From the NCBI RefSeq assembly GCF_001194135.2, contig NC_068989.1:27400724-27450596 (forward strand): 49,873 bases of DNA, given 5' to 3'. Positions within the stretch are counted from its first letter, which is position 1. Each line of letters begins with the position of its first letter. Under the pieces are notes generated by a model. That model had not been told where the DNA came from. It searched no databases and worked only from the letters and a program-made list of their open reading frames with translations. A program made the position numbers and the translations under genes. Of this stretch, positions 35,139-47,034 are shown in pieces. The stretch comes from Octopus bimaculoides. Lineage: Eukaryota.

Positions 35139-36095
35139 TATATATACATACATATATGTACATACTTACATATATACCTGTCTATATATATGCATATATG
35201 GATTCAGGACGTCATGAAACGTAAACAGCATCGAATACGAAGACAACATGAATTCCGAAATACGAAAACAGTATGAAATACGAGGCAAATTTGGGTATAC
35301 ACACAACGAGAGAAAGAAATGGGAGACAAGACAAGTAACATACAGAGCGACCCTTCATCAGTTGTCGGCTGTTCAACTACTCCACATTTCGAGCAATTCA
35401 CGACAATATGAGGCTTCGAAAAATAGTTGGTCCGTGAACCAGAATAAAATTTGGGGTTTTGCGAAAGGTCAAAGCTGGTAAAAAAAAAACAGGACAGTGG
35501 ACACATACAACAAACCAAACGAAAACAATCAATGAGTGCCGTTTGGCCAGACGAGGTAAGGTAGCGGACGTGGAGGAATATTGTCTTTGACAAGAGAAAG
35601 GATAGGACAAGAGACAGATAAGAATACGTATGGTCTGTGCGACAGAATGAGGGAAAAGAAATATGATCACGTGAGGAAAAGAGAGATGGAGGATGGTCAC
35701 GTGTGAGCAACGGGAGGGAGTAAAGGAGGAAAAGAGAGAGAGAGAGAGAGCGACAGAAAATGGTGAAAGGGACAAAAAGGAATTAGAGAAACATGGAGAG
35801 ACAAAACGAAAGGGGGAGAAGGGGAGAAAAAAGAATTAGAGTAGGAAGAGAGAGAAAAGGAAATGATGAAGAGAGAACAGTATGCATATATATATATGTA
35901 TGTATATATTTATATTTATGTTATTATATGATTGAACGCCACGCATCCACTTCCAAGTAAGTGTATCTTAATAATTTTGACATGACTCTACCTTCTACTG
36001 TTCTCTCTCTCCTCCTTTCGTTTTCTCTCTCTTTTTTTCCAATTCTATTTTCTCTCATTCTCTCCCTTCTATTTCTTCTCTCTTATCCTTTCTCT
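33866..36095. repeat. Three local copies of an unclassified purine-rich repeat: 33866-34385 (+), 35512-35881 (+), 35925-36095 (-)
   Basis: agacgaggtaaggtag..acg.ggaggaatattgtctttgacaag and atgatcacgtgaggaaaaga are shared by copies 1 and 2. gattgaacgccac..atcca.ttccaagtaagt at 35930 is the reverse complement of 34345-34378. Confidence 0.85.
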
Positions 36096-36711
36096 GTCTG
36101 TCTGTCTGTCNNNNNNNNNNTATATATATATACATACACACACGCACGCATCCTTACATCAATATGAAACAGAAAACTGTCAGCTATAGTGGCCAATACA
36201 CTTAAATTGGTGTCGCTTGAACAGTGCTTGTGAAATTTTATTTTCTATCCATACTATTCATATTGTGATGATGTTGTATATATTCTACACTATTGTCCAA
36301 TGCCGTTAAAAGTTTTTTCACACAATTTTTGTGTGCTATTTGTAATCTAACGTTCCTACAATCGAAATTTTTATAACGAAATAGTTTGAAAGGGTTTGTG
36401 TGTGGAGGTGTGGAGATGTCAGAAAGTTTACCGCGAATGCACATCTAAGCATATATGTGTATATATACGTATACCCACAGACACAGACACACATCGACAA
36501 ACGCACGAACACACCTTTATATGCCTCAATCTGTCTGTGTATATCTATGGATATGTATCGTCCATACACATTTGAATATATATAAACATATCTATATATT
36601 ACACACACACAGACACACATATATATATGTAGAGAGAAATAGGTATATGGAAAGACAGAGTTAAATTCATATATATATAAATGAAATATTCAAACACTGA
36701 GATTTGAAGTT

Positions 36712-36752
<41 letters not shown>

Positions 36753-37374
36753 NNNNNNNNNNNNNNNNNNNNNNNNNNNNNNNNNNNNNNNNNNNNNNNN
36801 NNNNNNNNNNNNNNNNNNNNNNNNNNNNNNNNNNNNNNNNNNNNNNNNNNNNNNNNNNNNNNNNNNNNNNNNNNNNNNNNNNNNNNNNNNNNNNNNNNNN
36901 NNNNNNNNNNNNNNNNNNNNNNNNNNNNNNNNNNNNNNNNNNNNNNNNNNNNNNNNNNNNNNNNNNNNNNNNNNNNNNNNNNNNNNNNNNNNNNNNNNNN
37001 NNNNNNNNNNNNNNNNNNNNNNNNNNNNNNNNNNNNNNNNNNNNNNNNNNNNNNNNNNNNNNNNNNNNNNNNNNNNNNNNNNNNNNNNNNNNNNNNNNNN
37101 NNNNNNNNNNNNNNNNNNNNNNNNNNNNNNNNNNNNNNNNNNNNNNNNNNNNNNNNNNNNNNNNNNNNNNNNNNNNNNNNNNNNNNNNNNNNNNNNNNNN
37201 NNNNNNNNNNNNNNNNNNNNNNNNNNNNNNNNNNNNNNNNNNNNNNNNNNNNNNNNNNNNNNNNNNNNNNNNNNNNNNNNNNNNNNNNNNNNNNNNNNNN
37301 NNNNNNNNNNNNNNNNNNNNNNNNNNNNNNNNNNNNNNNNNNNNNNNNNNNNNNNNNNNNNNNNNNNNNNNNNN

Positions 37375-37412
<38 letters not shown>

Positions 37413-37431
37413 ACATACACACACACACACA

Positions 37432-38122
37432 CAGGGTGCGGTGTATATAATGCCGTCTAAATTACGCAAAAATGAAAATAACACTGACATCTCATTTTAA
37501 TAGATATATTTACCAAAATTACATAAAAATATCTTGAAATACTAGAGCAAATTTATTGAATAAAATAGCCATTTACTTTAATCACCGCCTCCAGACGACT
37601 TTGAAATCTACTGCGACACTTCTGGACAGTCTCCTTGTTTAAGTTGGCATAATCCTTGCCTTCAGTTCATCTTTGGTGTTACAAGAAGTTTTGTTGGTCT
37701 CTCGCTCAGCTGCGCCCCTCACATAATTATCAAGTGTGTGCTGTCTGGAGAGTTAGGTGGTCAGATGTTACGGGTAATGTGCTTGCACTGACAGCCAACC
37801 TCTTGAACCAGGACAACACTTCCTTCTCCAAAAACTTGATGTAGGCCTCCGCGTTGAGTCTAAGTCCGTGCGGGAAGATGAATGGAGGCATAACGTCACC
37901 GTCAGTAATGATCACTCCAAACACCATGATGTTGATTGGATGTTTGATTTTTATCACTTACGGTACATGTCCTCAACTTGCACTACCCGAAGATTGACTC
38001 ACAAATATTCGCATGCGAGTTTACGGCGCGAATGCAGAACAGTACATCATGTCGTTTCCTAGTTTCCTGTAGAGTGAATTACGTCATGGTGGTGTTTTTC
38101 TCACAGACGGTGCCGAACTATA
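37432..38122 (-). mobile_element. Internally deleted DD37D (maT)-type Tc1/mariner element
   Basis: KHPINIMVFGVI..DGDVMPPFIFPHGLRLNAEAYIK; ...PPNSPD...NLNKETVQKCRSRFQSRLEAVI; cagggtgcgg terminus at 37432. Confidence 0.85.
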
Positions 38123-38206
38123 TTGTGTAGTCGACTAAATCGAAAACAAACAATGCGCATGCGTGACATAAAATGGCAACAATTTACCCATTGCATGCTC
38201 TACATA

Positions 38207-38248
<42 letters not shown>

Positions 38249-38254
38249 TGTGTA

Positions 38255-38294
<40 letters not shown>

Positions 38295-38317
38295 TGTGTG
38301 TGTGTATGTATTTGTAT

Positions 38318-38379
38318 GTCTGTGTTTTTCCCGCTACCATTGCTTGACAACCGATGTTGGTGTGTTTACGTCCCCGTAA
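38318..38379 (+). mobile_element. SINE 3' body fragment running into the gap
   Basis: ccattgcttgacaaccgatgttggtgtgtttacgtccccgtaa. Confidence 0.8.
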
Positions 38380-39162
38380 NNNNNNNNNNNNNNNNNNNNN
38401 NNNNNNNNNNNNNNNNNNNNNNNNNNNNNNNNNNNNNNNNNNNNNNNNNNNNNNNNNNNNNNNNNNNNNNNNNNNNNNNNNNNNNNNNNNNNNNNNNNNN
38501 NNNNNNNNNNNNNNNNNNNNNNNNNNNNNNNNNNNNNNNNNNNNNNNNNNNNNNNNNNNNNNNNNNNNNNNNNNNNNNNNNNNNNNNNNNNNNNNNNNNN
38601 NNNNNNNNNNNNNNNNNNNNNNNNNNNNNNNNNNNNNNNNNNNNNNNNNNNNNNNNNNNNNNNNNNNNNNNNNNNNNNNNNNNNNNNNNNNNNNNNNNNN
38701 NNNNNNNNNNNNNNNNNNNNNNNNNNNNNNNNNNNNNNNNNNNNNNNNNNNNNNNNNNNNNNNNNNNNNNNNNNNNNNNNNNNNNNNNNNNNNNNNNNNN
38801 NNNNNNNNNNNNNNNNNNNNNNNNNNNNNNNNNNNNNNNNNNNNNNNNNNNNNNNNNNNNNNNNNNNNNNNNNNNNNNNNNNNNNNNNNNNNNNNNNNNN
38901 NNNNNNNNNNNNNNNNNNNNNNNNNNNNNNNNNNNNNNNNNNNNNNNNNNNNNNNNNNNNNNNNNNNNNNNNNNNNNNNNNNNNNNNNNNNNNNNNNNNN
39001 NNNNNNNNNNNNNNNNNNNNNNNNNNNNNNNNNNNNNNNNNNNNNNNNNNNNNNNNNNNNNNNNNNNNNNNNNNNNNNNNNNNNNNNNNNNNNNNNNNNN
39101 NNNNNNNNNNNNNNNATATATATATATATATATATATAGAAAGAGAACCGAAGCATTTTGAC

Positions 39163-39380
39163 TGTTGTGTGGACGACCCCAGGCGATAAGTAGGCTGGCC
39201 CAATACGTATAAACAGAGGACGTGGTAGCTAGTCGGAGAAGCGTCGCGTAGATGGAGCCGGAGCCGTCAGTAGACTAAACATCGAGTTCTGTTGAGTCGA
39301 GTTGTCGGAACTGAGAGTTTGGTAGTTGAGCAGAGGTACGTTATTGGCGAAGGCACGCCATCCGAACTTGCGATATAACA
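39163..39380 (+). mobile_element. Solo LTR related to the Gypsy LTR at 10458
   Basis: TGT...AACA termini; gacgacccc..gcgata...tag.ctgg.cc shared with 10470-10505; TSD not clean (ttgac/gagac). Confidence 0.6.
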
Positions 39381-40029
39381 GAGACAAAGTGAAGTGAAAA
39401 AGAATATATATTTTTAAGTTGGTGACTAGAACAGATGCTTACTTTGGTGCAGCCATCTCACCAGGGGTCTGAAAGAAAAATGTTTTCAAAGTGAAAAAAT
39501 GTGTTTTTTTCTTAACGTCAGCGGAAAAGAAAAGGAAAGGAAGGAAGGAAGGAAGAAAGAAAGAAGGAAAAATGTGTTTATATCTATACAGTTGGTCAGT
39601 TCTTTCAATAGAAGATCACAAGTTGATTCTTAGTCTGTAAAAATGGCAAGACTGGGTTGTTACTCTAAGAGGGTTCTGTTTTGATGAGGAATAATGAAGG
39701 TTATTTTTCAAAAACTTGTCTGGACTTATTATCATCATCATCATCATCATCATTGTCCAATGTTTGATGCCCATGCTGGTATAGATTGGAAAATATGGAT
39801 GCAAGAATGTTTCTATTTATGTATATACATACACACACATATGCATATATCCTCAGCTTTTCTCTATCAGGTCTAGTTTTCTGGCTACATCAGGTAGAGT
39901 AAGTATTTTATTCATACAAGAGGCGTATAATATGGATTAATAAAGGGAGCGTAACACAAAATAAAAGAAAGAACAGATAAAAATTTAAAATTGAAAATGC
40001 TCATTGGCAAAGATATTTCGCAGAACATT

Positions 40030-41700
40030 CAAGGAATAAATTTAAGCTTCTTTGTTCACCGTGATTGTTCAGGAACAGGAGTATCTTGTTTTAAACACCA
40101 GCAATAGTGTGCCATCATCACTGCGTCCCAACATCCTTGGTACTGAATTTCCATCTCCTTGGTGTCCTGATGGAATCGTTCGCCTTGTTCAAATTTAACA
40201 TCTCTGAGACTTTCAGGAAAACGATCAAGATGACTAAAAATATAATGCATTTTGATGCTCATGTTAGCGCCAATACCGCGTGAAGTTGATATCAAGTTGG
40301 TAACAAGATCTTTATAGTTTTCCCTTTTGTGTTTCCCAAGTAAATGTTGCACGCCCTCTGCAAAGGCCAGTTAAGCTGATGCTTCATTTTCGCTCAGCGT
40401 TTTCATGAAATTTGTGTCCTTCAAGAGCTTACGGACCTGTAGTCCATGAAAAATACCTGAATACATGAAAAATACACTGCAGATATACTTGAAGGACTCC
40501 CCATTTTTATCAAGAACTTTGATGAATTGCTTGATGAATCCGAGTTTGATGTACAAAGGGGGGGGGGAATTATATTAAGTCGCTGAATGAAAGATTCTCC
40601 CAATATATTGGAGCCATATTTGCTCGAGGCAGTCTTTCTTAACATAGTGGTTTACTCGGGTCCTACTGTCCACATGCAAATAAAACATGGGTATTTTGGT
40701 GTTACAAGGTTGCTGTCCCATGAGAAAATTCACCATCTTTATGTCAGCGCAGATATCCCATTTATGATTTTGTTACAGTATCTCCTCTAAAACCAACTGA
40801 ATTTCTTCATATTTTTCATTCGGAGTTCTTGAGCAGCCGAGTGGGACAGAGCCATACACATTTCCGTTGTGTAACAATACACATTTTAAACTACGCTTTG
40901 AGCTGTCTATGAAAAGACGCCATTCCTGTCATTTGTATACCTTAATGCCAAGTTTATTAAGAAGACCACTTTCATCTCTACATTAAACCATCTCTTCCTC
41001 TGTGTAGAAAGGAACTCTGCATGCCGACTCCGATAAAATGTGATACGAATACCATTCTCTAGAAGATTCTTATCTTTCAGTCAGGAAGCCAACAGTTCTG
41101 CAGAATGTTTTGGGAGGTTCAAGTCACGAACTAGATCATTCAGCTCTATATGGGTGAAATGCAGAGGTAAAGTCTTGACCACTAGTGTCGTCTTCAGGTG
41201 ATGAATCATTTTTGGTTGAGGGTAAAGTTATCTGAGGCAAGACATTGAAGACAGGAACAGGATGCTCTTCACTGTGTGAAACCGGTCTAATAACAGAGGC
41301 AAGGTTAGGATAGAAAAGCGTTTGTTGATTTTTACAGTTAATACCCTTGAAATTTAGGTTACAAAAATAGCAGTCGTACACGTGATTATAGGATTCCTGC
41401 CATATCATTGACATAGCAACCCTCATACTTTTCCTTGTCCCTTTAATCCTTTGTTGCAAATGTCCTGTACGTTGTTTGCAGACATTATACGGTGCCCAGT
41501 ATTTATCTTGGTCTCCCAGCTTGGCCCCAGAATATGCCATATACGCTCTTTCAACAAAATCAGTGATGTCTAGAAAAATTGCTTAGGTGGTGGGTTTCAC
41601 AGGCTGAGCAAGCTATAATGGCGCTTAACTTTAAATCTTCTGGCACTAGCATATTTATGTATTTGCCTGGTGATTGTTTGCAGGCTCCATTAATCATCTT
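40030..41700 (-). pseudogene. Chapaev3-like (CMC) transposase pseudogene, copy 1
   Basis: KLGDQDK.WAP..VCK...W.E..NH..DCYFC zinc region; NDLVRDLNL; WRLFIDSSKRSLKCVLLHNGN; PPLYIKLG.IKQF.K.LD; HLD.FP....EQGERFHQD. Superfamily name recalled, not searched. Confidence 0.8.
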
Positions 41701-41789
41701 GCTTTTGTGTATTTTAAGTAGGCATAAAAAGTCTAGGTTTACGTTTAAAAGTGCGTGATATAATCTGTTTTTCTGTCAGGTCTTTTCCA

Positions 41790-42993
41790 TATACATTTAT
41801 TAAGGATGCAACAGTTTTCATTGTTTTGTGTTGTTTATAGTTTACAATGTTTCATAGAAGGTATCGTTTTCTATGATGGATAATGCCAGGTTTTTGTAGT
41901 ATTCTGTGTCCATCAGGACTACAGCACTTCTTTTGTTTGCTTCTTTGATTGTCAGTTCTTTGTCGTTTTTCAGATCAATTAGATTTTTCCATTCTAAATT
42001 GTTGAGGTTTGAATAATTTTTCACTAATGGAAAGTATTTGGGAAATTTTGGATATGATCGCAGAAGTCATCTAGTATTTTTTCCTAAACTTAGGTGGAAA
42101 ATAATTGCTTCTGCTTTAACCGGTGATTCATCTTTTTTTTGCTGTAGACAGTTAGTGCTTTTGCTGTCGTAGTTTACTGCAAAATTCCGAAATATTGTTT
42201 TTAATTTCATTCTAGTTACACCTTCGAGGTGTTGGGGTAAATTTTAATCCTTCAATTAGTATACTGATTTTTGTTGCAGAGAGAGTTTTTTTTTTGTTTT
42301 TTTTTTGATAAATTCATTACTTTGGGTTTCTTTTATATGCTGTGTTCCATGTGTCATTGTTTCTCTCCTCTCGGTCAAAAAAATGTTTACTGTAATTTCG
42401 CTGGTAGAAATTGTCAGTGTTATCAATTATATTAAGATTGCTTGGAGGTTCGTTCTACTATCTAGGGTAAATTGGTTGGAACTACGTTGTTCGGGTTTCT
42501 TCGTTGGTATGAATTGTCAAAGTTATCAATTATATTTGAGATGCTGCGGGGTTGGTTTTTCTGTCTAGATAAATAGGTTGGAATTCCGAAGATCGAGTTT
42601 TTTCGTTGAGGGATAGAAGTAGTCCTAGTCCTGTGGAGGCTTCTAATTGTTGGGGGAAAATAATCACTCCTAACTCTAGGTTGATTTCTTCTCGTATTTC
42701 TTATTTGTGAGTTGCCTCTATTCCTAGTTTGAGAACGGTTTACTTGCTAGTGAGAAGTTAATTTTGTGTGTCTTTCTTCTTTAAAATGTTTATAGTTTGA
42801 TCTAGTTGAATGTTTATTCATTTCTACATATGTCCCGAGTAATAACTATCACCAATTACCTCTACTTAGGTTTTCTACTTGCGGATTGATTCATAAACTT
42901 TCATACCAGAACATGAGCTAAAATTGTCTTGAGAAAATTCGAAATTACAATAATTTCAATGCCACGATTAGTGAAAGTGAAACCGGTCGACAA
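41790..42993 (-). mobile_element. Penelope-like element fragment (N-terminal ORF up to pre-RT), with an oppositely oriented terminal motif
   Basis: NLNNLEWKNLIDLKNDKELTIKEANKRSAVVLMDTEYY matches the PLE L...I.IK.ADKG.AVVIMD...Y motif; RT absent. Confidence 0.8.
42924..42993 (+). ncRNA. Type-I hammerhead-like motif, U3-A8 core, extended stem II
   Basis: Stem I ttgtc/gacaa; TTGAGAA; 43-nt stem II region with gaaatta-caa-taatttc hairpin; GAAA-CCGG-TC. Confidence 0.6.
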
Positions 42994-43059
42994 CCACAAT
43001 ACTCTTTCATTTAAAATGTATTAAAACTATGTAACTGTGAATTTTCCTTCTTTTAGAAG

Positions 43060-43210
43060 AGGTAGAAAGAGAGATTGAGAGAGAGAGGAAGAAGAGGGAT
43101 AGAGAGAAGGGAGAGAGAGAGAAGGGAGAGAGAGAGAAGGGAGAGAGAGAGAGAAGGGAGAGAGAGAGAAGGGAGAGAGAGAGAAGGGAGAGAGAGAGAA
43201 GGGAGGGAGA
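43060..43210. repeat. Purine-rich minisatellite (GAGAGAGAAGG-type)
   Basis: Direct reading. Confidence 0.9.
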
Positions 43211-43881
43211 GTGTGCAATGCAATCAATAATTAGAAGAAAAATTCTCAAATCTATTTAATGTGTAAACATTTTTGGTGGGGATTGATTATTCTCTTATTC
43301 TACTGAGGGTTTCAGATATATTATGGCTGATCGTGAAACGAGAAAATAAATTGCACACTGCAATATTTATTACAAAGCAAGATAGTTATGGACACCGACT
43401 AATTTCAACATTGTTCGTCTATCACGGGACAAATCACTGGACGAATACAGAGGTTAAATAGGCTTTCAATAACGGATGTGCCTGAAGTATAACACATAGA
43501 TTCCTATTTCCAACTGATACTTCTTCAGTCTCAATAACAAATTTTCTTTCAGCTTGTCGGTTAATTCCTACTTCTGCAATGCGTCAATCATTTTTTAATA
43601 CATAAGTAGCGGTGTATCTTGTCGGGTAACAATTTCTTTATATAACCACACAGTGTCCCAAAACTCAATGATGCTGACAATCTCTGGCTGCACACATATT
43701 TTGTCATGCTTAATGTATATCTACAAGTTAATAATGAAATTGTATTTTCCTAAAAAATTACTTGTTGAAAATGTAAGATAATTATTTTTCATTTATTTTT
43801 TGAAAAGTAAATTAGAATAAGTTGCCACCCCACCGAACAAAAAAACTATTTGTATCGACAGAAATGTTTTTGAAGGAGGCA

Positions 43882-44087
43882 GAAAGGAGGCACGCCGGGC
43901 GAAATACCTAGCGGTATTTCGTCTGTCTTTACGTTCTGAGTTCAAATTTCGCCGAGGTTGACTTTGCCTTTCATCCTTTCGGGGTCGATAAATTAAGTAC
44001 CAGTTACGCACTGGGGTCGATGTAATCCCTTTCTCTATTCTTGTTTGTCCCCTCTATGTTTAGCCCCTTGTGGACAATAAAGAAATA
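43882..44087 (+). mobile_element. SINE with 22-bp target-site duplication
   Basis: TSD agaaatgtttttgaag(g/a)aggca at 43860-43881 and 44088-44109. Confidence 0.92.
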
Positions 44088-45169
44088 AGAAATGTTTTTG
44101 AAGAAGGCAAGATAATAAGAGCTTGTTTGAATAAATGACATTTAATACATACCAGCATGATATACTTTTGCATAACACATATTCCCTGGCCGGAGTTCGC
44201 TATTAGAAATTCTATATTCTAATTTTTAGTTTATGATTTTAAAACATTATTTTACATTTACTTGGGACTGGATTTTGATTACAAATAATTTCCTTTATAT
44301 TTCAGAAGGTCCTTATAGTACAGAGCCAAATTGCCGTAAATTCTGAAATTAGTGACATCAATTTTTTAAAATTGATTACATATCTCGGTTGCTTCCGTGA
44401 ACTAAAATTTCAGCGTTAATCATAATTTTTCTTTTTTGCTTTGACCTACTTTCTAGGAAAGATTTTATATATATTACATTAACATTTTTCTCATATCTGT
44501 ATCTATATATCTTAACTACGTTCTCTTATTCTTGTTCCTTATTTTTCGACACCTTTCTTGAAAACTAGCCGTTGACCTTGTTAAACTAATTTAGCAATTT
44601 TTCTGTATACAGCTTAATGATTACTCTTTCCTTTACAAGCTTGCAGTAATGCCTCTGAGCAGCCTGTTAGCAGCCAGTGCTTAGAAGATGTAATAAGATT
44701 TTGTTCAGAGATTTCATATATAATATATTTGGAAACGTTTTTAAAAATATTTTTCTCTATATAAATCTCTTAGAGTTTGTATTTTACTTTTACAGATTTT
44801 AGTTACTATTTCCAATTACTACTCGCATTCCGCCAACTGACAGTTAAAACAAATATCTCTATCACTGTAATACATATCGAAACCAAAAGCGCTTTTCTTA
44901 CGCAAGTGCTATTTCCTGTCTGGTATCAATCGAAATGTTATATTTATATTTTTATAGTTTTTCATTCGACTATTAAGTTTAACATTTGATATAACCAGTA
45001 AAACAAACGTGTAATAGTAATATTTGCAATATTTCTTCTTGATGTAATAGTGATTGGTATTCTGCTCGGAAAGGACAGTTCAACTGTAGAGCTAATGTCA
45101 AAATAAACTCAACAGTATAACATTCATTGAGTCCTTTAACCATCAGTATCGTTTTTAGAATTTCCCATT

Positions 45170-47033
45170 CACAAAAACATCTTTTTTTTTTTAGCTAATT
45201 TGAGGGCGCTGAATCTGAAAATGACAATACTTTGTTTGGTTAGCTACCGTTTTTGCTGTACATATATGCCTCACTTTTGGAAAAAGAAAGCATTTTTATC
45301 ATTTGTTTTCTGTATATTTGATATTGATCGATGGCAATATTTCTCAAAGTAAAATCGTAGAAACAATCAGGCCCTAAGTCTTTAGAAATAACACGATTGA
45401 ATATACCAAGACCAACAAGTATTTTTATCAAATCATTGAATAAACTAACAACAGAAATAAAACCTTCGTGAACAAAGAACTATGGTAAAGATTTTCTCTT
45501 TCTTGATTGTCTGTCATGTCCATTGTTCTCTAAATCCCTTTTGATACTCCAGCAGTCGTCAGCCATCATTCGCTTGTCCCATTGTCCCTGGTAGCGCTCT
45601 TCTATTGTTTTGATATCCTGATGTCTTCCTTGCTCATCACTCACATCGCCGCATTTATCCGGAAATTTATCAAGATGACTATGTAAAAAATGAACCTTAA
45701 CAGTCATATTAGCGCCCTTGTCCTGTAGACTTTTCAACAGCCTTTCCACTAATTCCTTGTAGTTTTCGGCCTGGCGATTGCCTAAGAAGTTTTTCACCAC
45801 GTCAACAAACGATGTCCAAGTGCGTAATATATATATGTCAAAGCGCGTCATATAAGGACTTTCAAAGACTCCTGCTTTGAGTTTTTCGGTGCTAAGTCCT
45901 ACAAACGATTTAAATATATACTCAAAATATTTAATTTCTTTGTCGAGTGATTTTACATACTGTTTCATTAATCCCAATTTGATATACAAGGGAGGGAAAA
46001 GGATTTCTTCTTTCGGAACTAGCGCTGCACTAATAACGTTCTTTTGTAGCCAATCTTTCTTTTTCCAGTGCTCCTCGTTTGCTCTACTGTCCCACATACA
46101 CAAAAAAAAACATGGGAATTTCGTGTAGCCACTCTTTTGACCAAGCTGGAAATTTACCACTTTCAAATCGACACATAACACCCATTTATGTTTGTGTAGC
46201 CAATATGTTCCATAACCTGTTTGATGGCATCATGCTTTTTCTTTCAGAGTTGTTGAACGACCTACGGGTATTGGCGCATACATTTTGATATTATGGAACA
46301 AAACACATTTCAAACGACGTTTGAACTATCAATGAACTATCTCCATTCGAAGAAGGACGCTCTCCTAGTCGAAGAAGAACGCCCTCAACGTCATTGCAAT
46401 GAACAAGATTAATGTTCTCGTTAAAGAATGGTACAAATTCGGCATCTCTATTTCGATAGAATGTTACCTTTGTGCCTTTTGCTAACAGGTGCTTTTCTTT
46501 GAGCCTAGAGACAAAAAGTTCTGCTGATTCTTTGCTTAGATTTAAGTCTCGAACCAAATCATTCAGCACAATTTGGTTAAACGGCTCTGGCACTGTTTCG
46601 GGAACATAGTCATAGAGATGAATTTATGAATATCAAAAAGCAGATTTTAGGCTTTCATTTTTGTTATGTCACCTTAATTAGCAGGTTTACTAAAGTGTAT
46701 TACTGATAAAGTTTATCAGTTAACTTGAATCTGGCAATAAATTGGAAAAATTCGGTACTTCTATTTTACAAGTTTTGACTCTAAAACACATTTTCCTTAT
46801 AAAAATAGGAAATTTCAGGTGACTGACGTAAATTGCTCGGCCTACTTAAAAATTCATGGGATTCTACTAACCATTTTAACTAGATTTTGCGATGAGCCAA
46901 GATAGTAAATTGATCTTTTTTTTTTCTTCAAAAGTGAGCAATTTCAGTACGGCAAAAACGGTTGCTAATCATGAAAAACTAAAGTAATTTTCGGAATCAG
47001 CACCATCAAAGTAGCTAAAAAACGTGTTTTGTT
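45170..47033 (-). mobile_element. Chapaev3-like DNA transposon, copy 2, with ~110-bp imperfect inverted ends
   Basis: ORFs 46291-46593 (NDLVRDLNLSKESAEL) and 45480-46181 (DLKVV..GQ.SGYTKFPC...PPLYIKLGLMKQ...HFLHSHLD.FP..DEQG). 45178-45290 aligns to the reverse complement of 46915-47030. Confidence 0.85.
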
Positions 47034-47034
47034 T

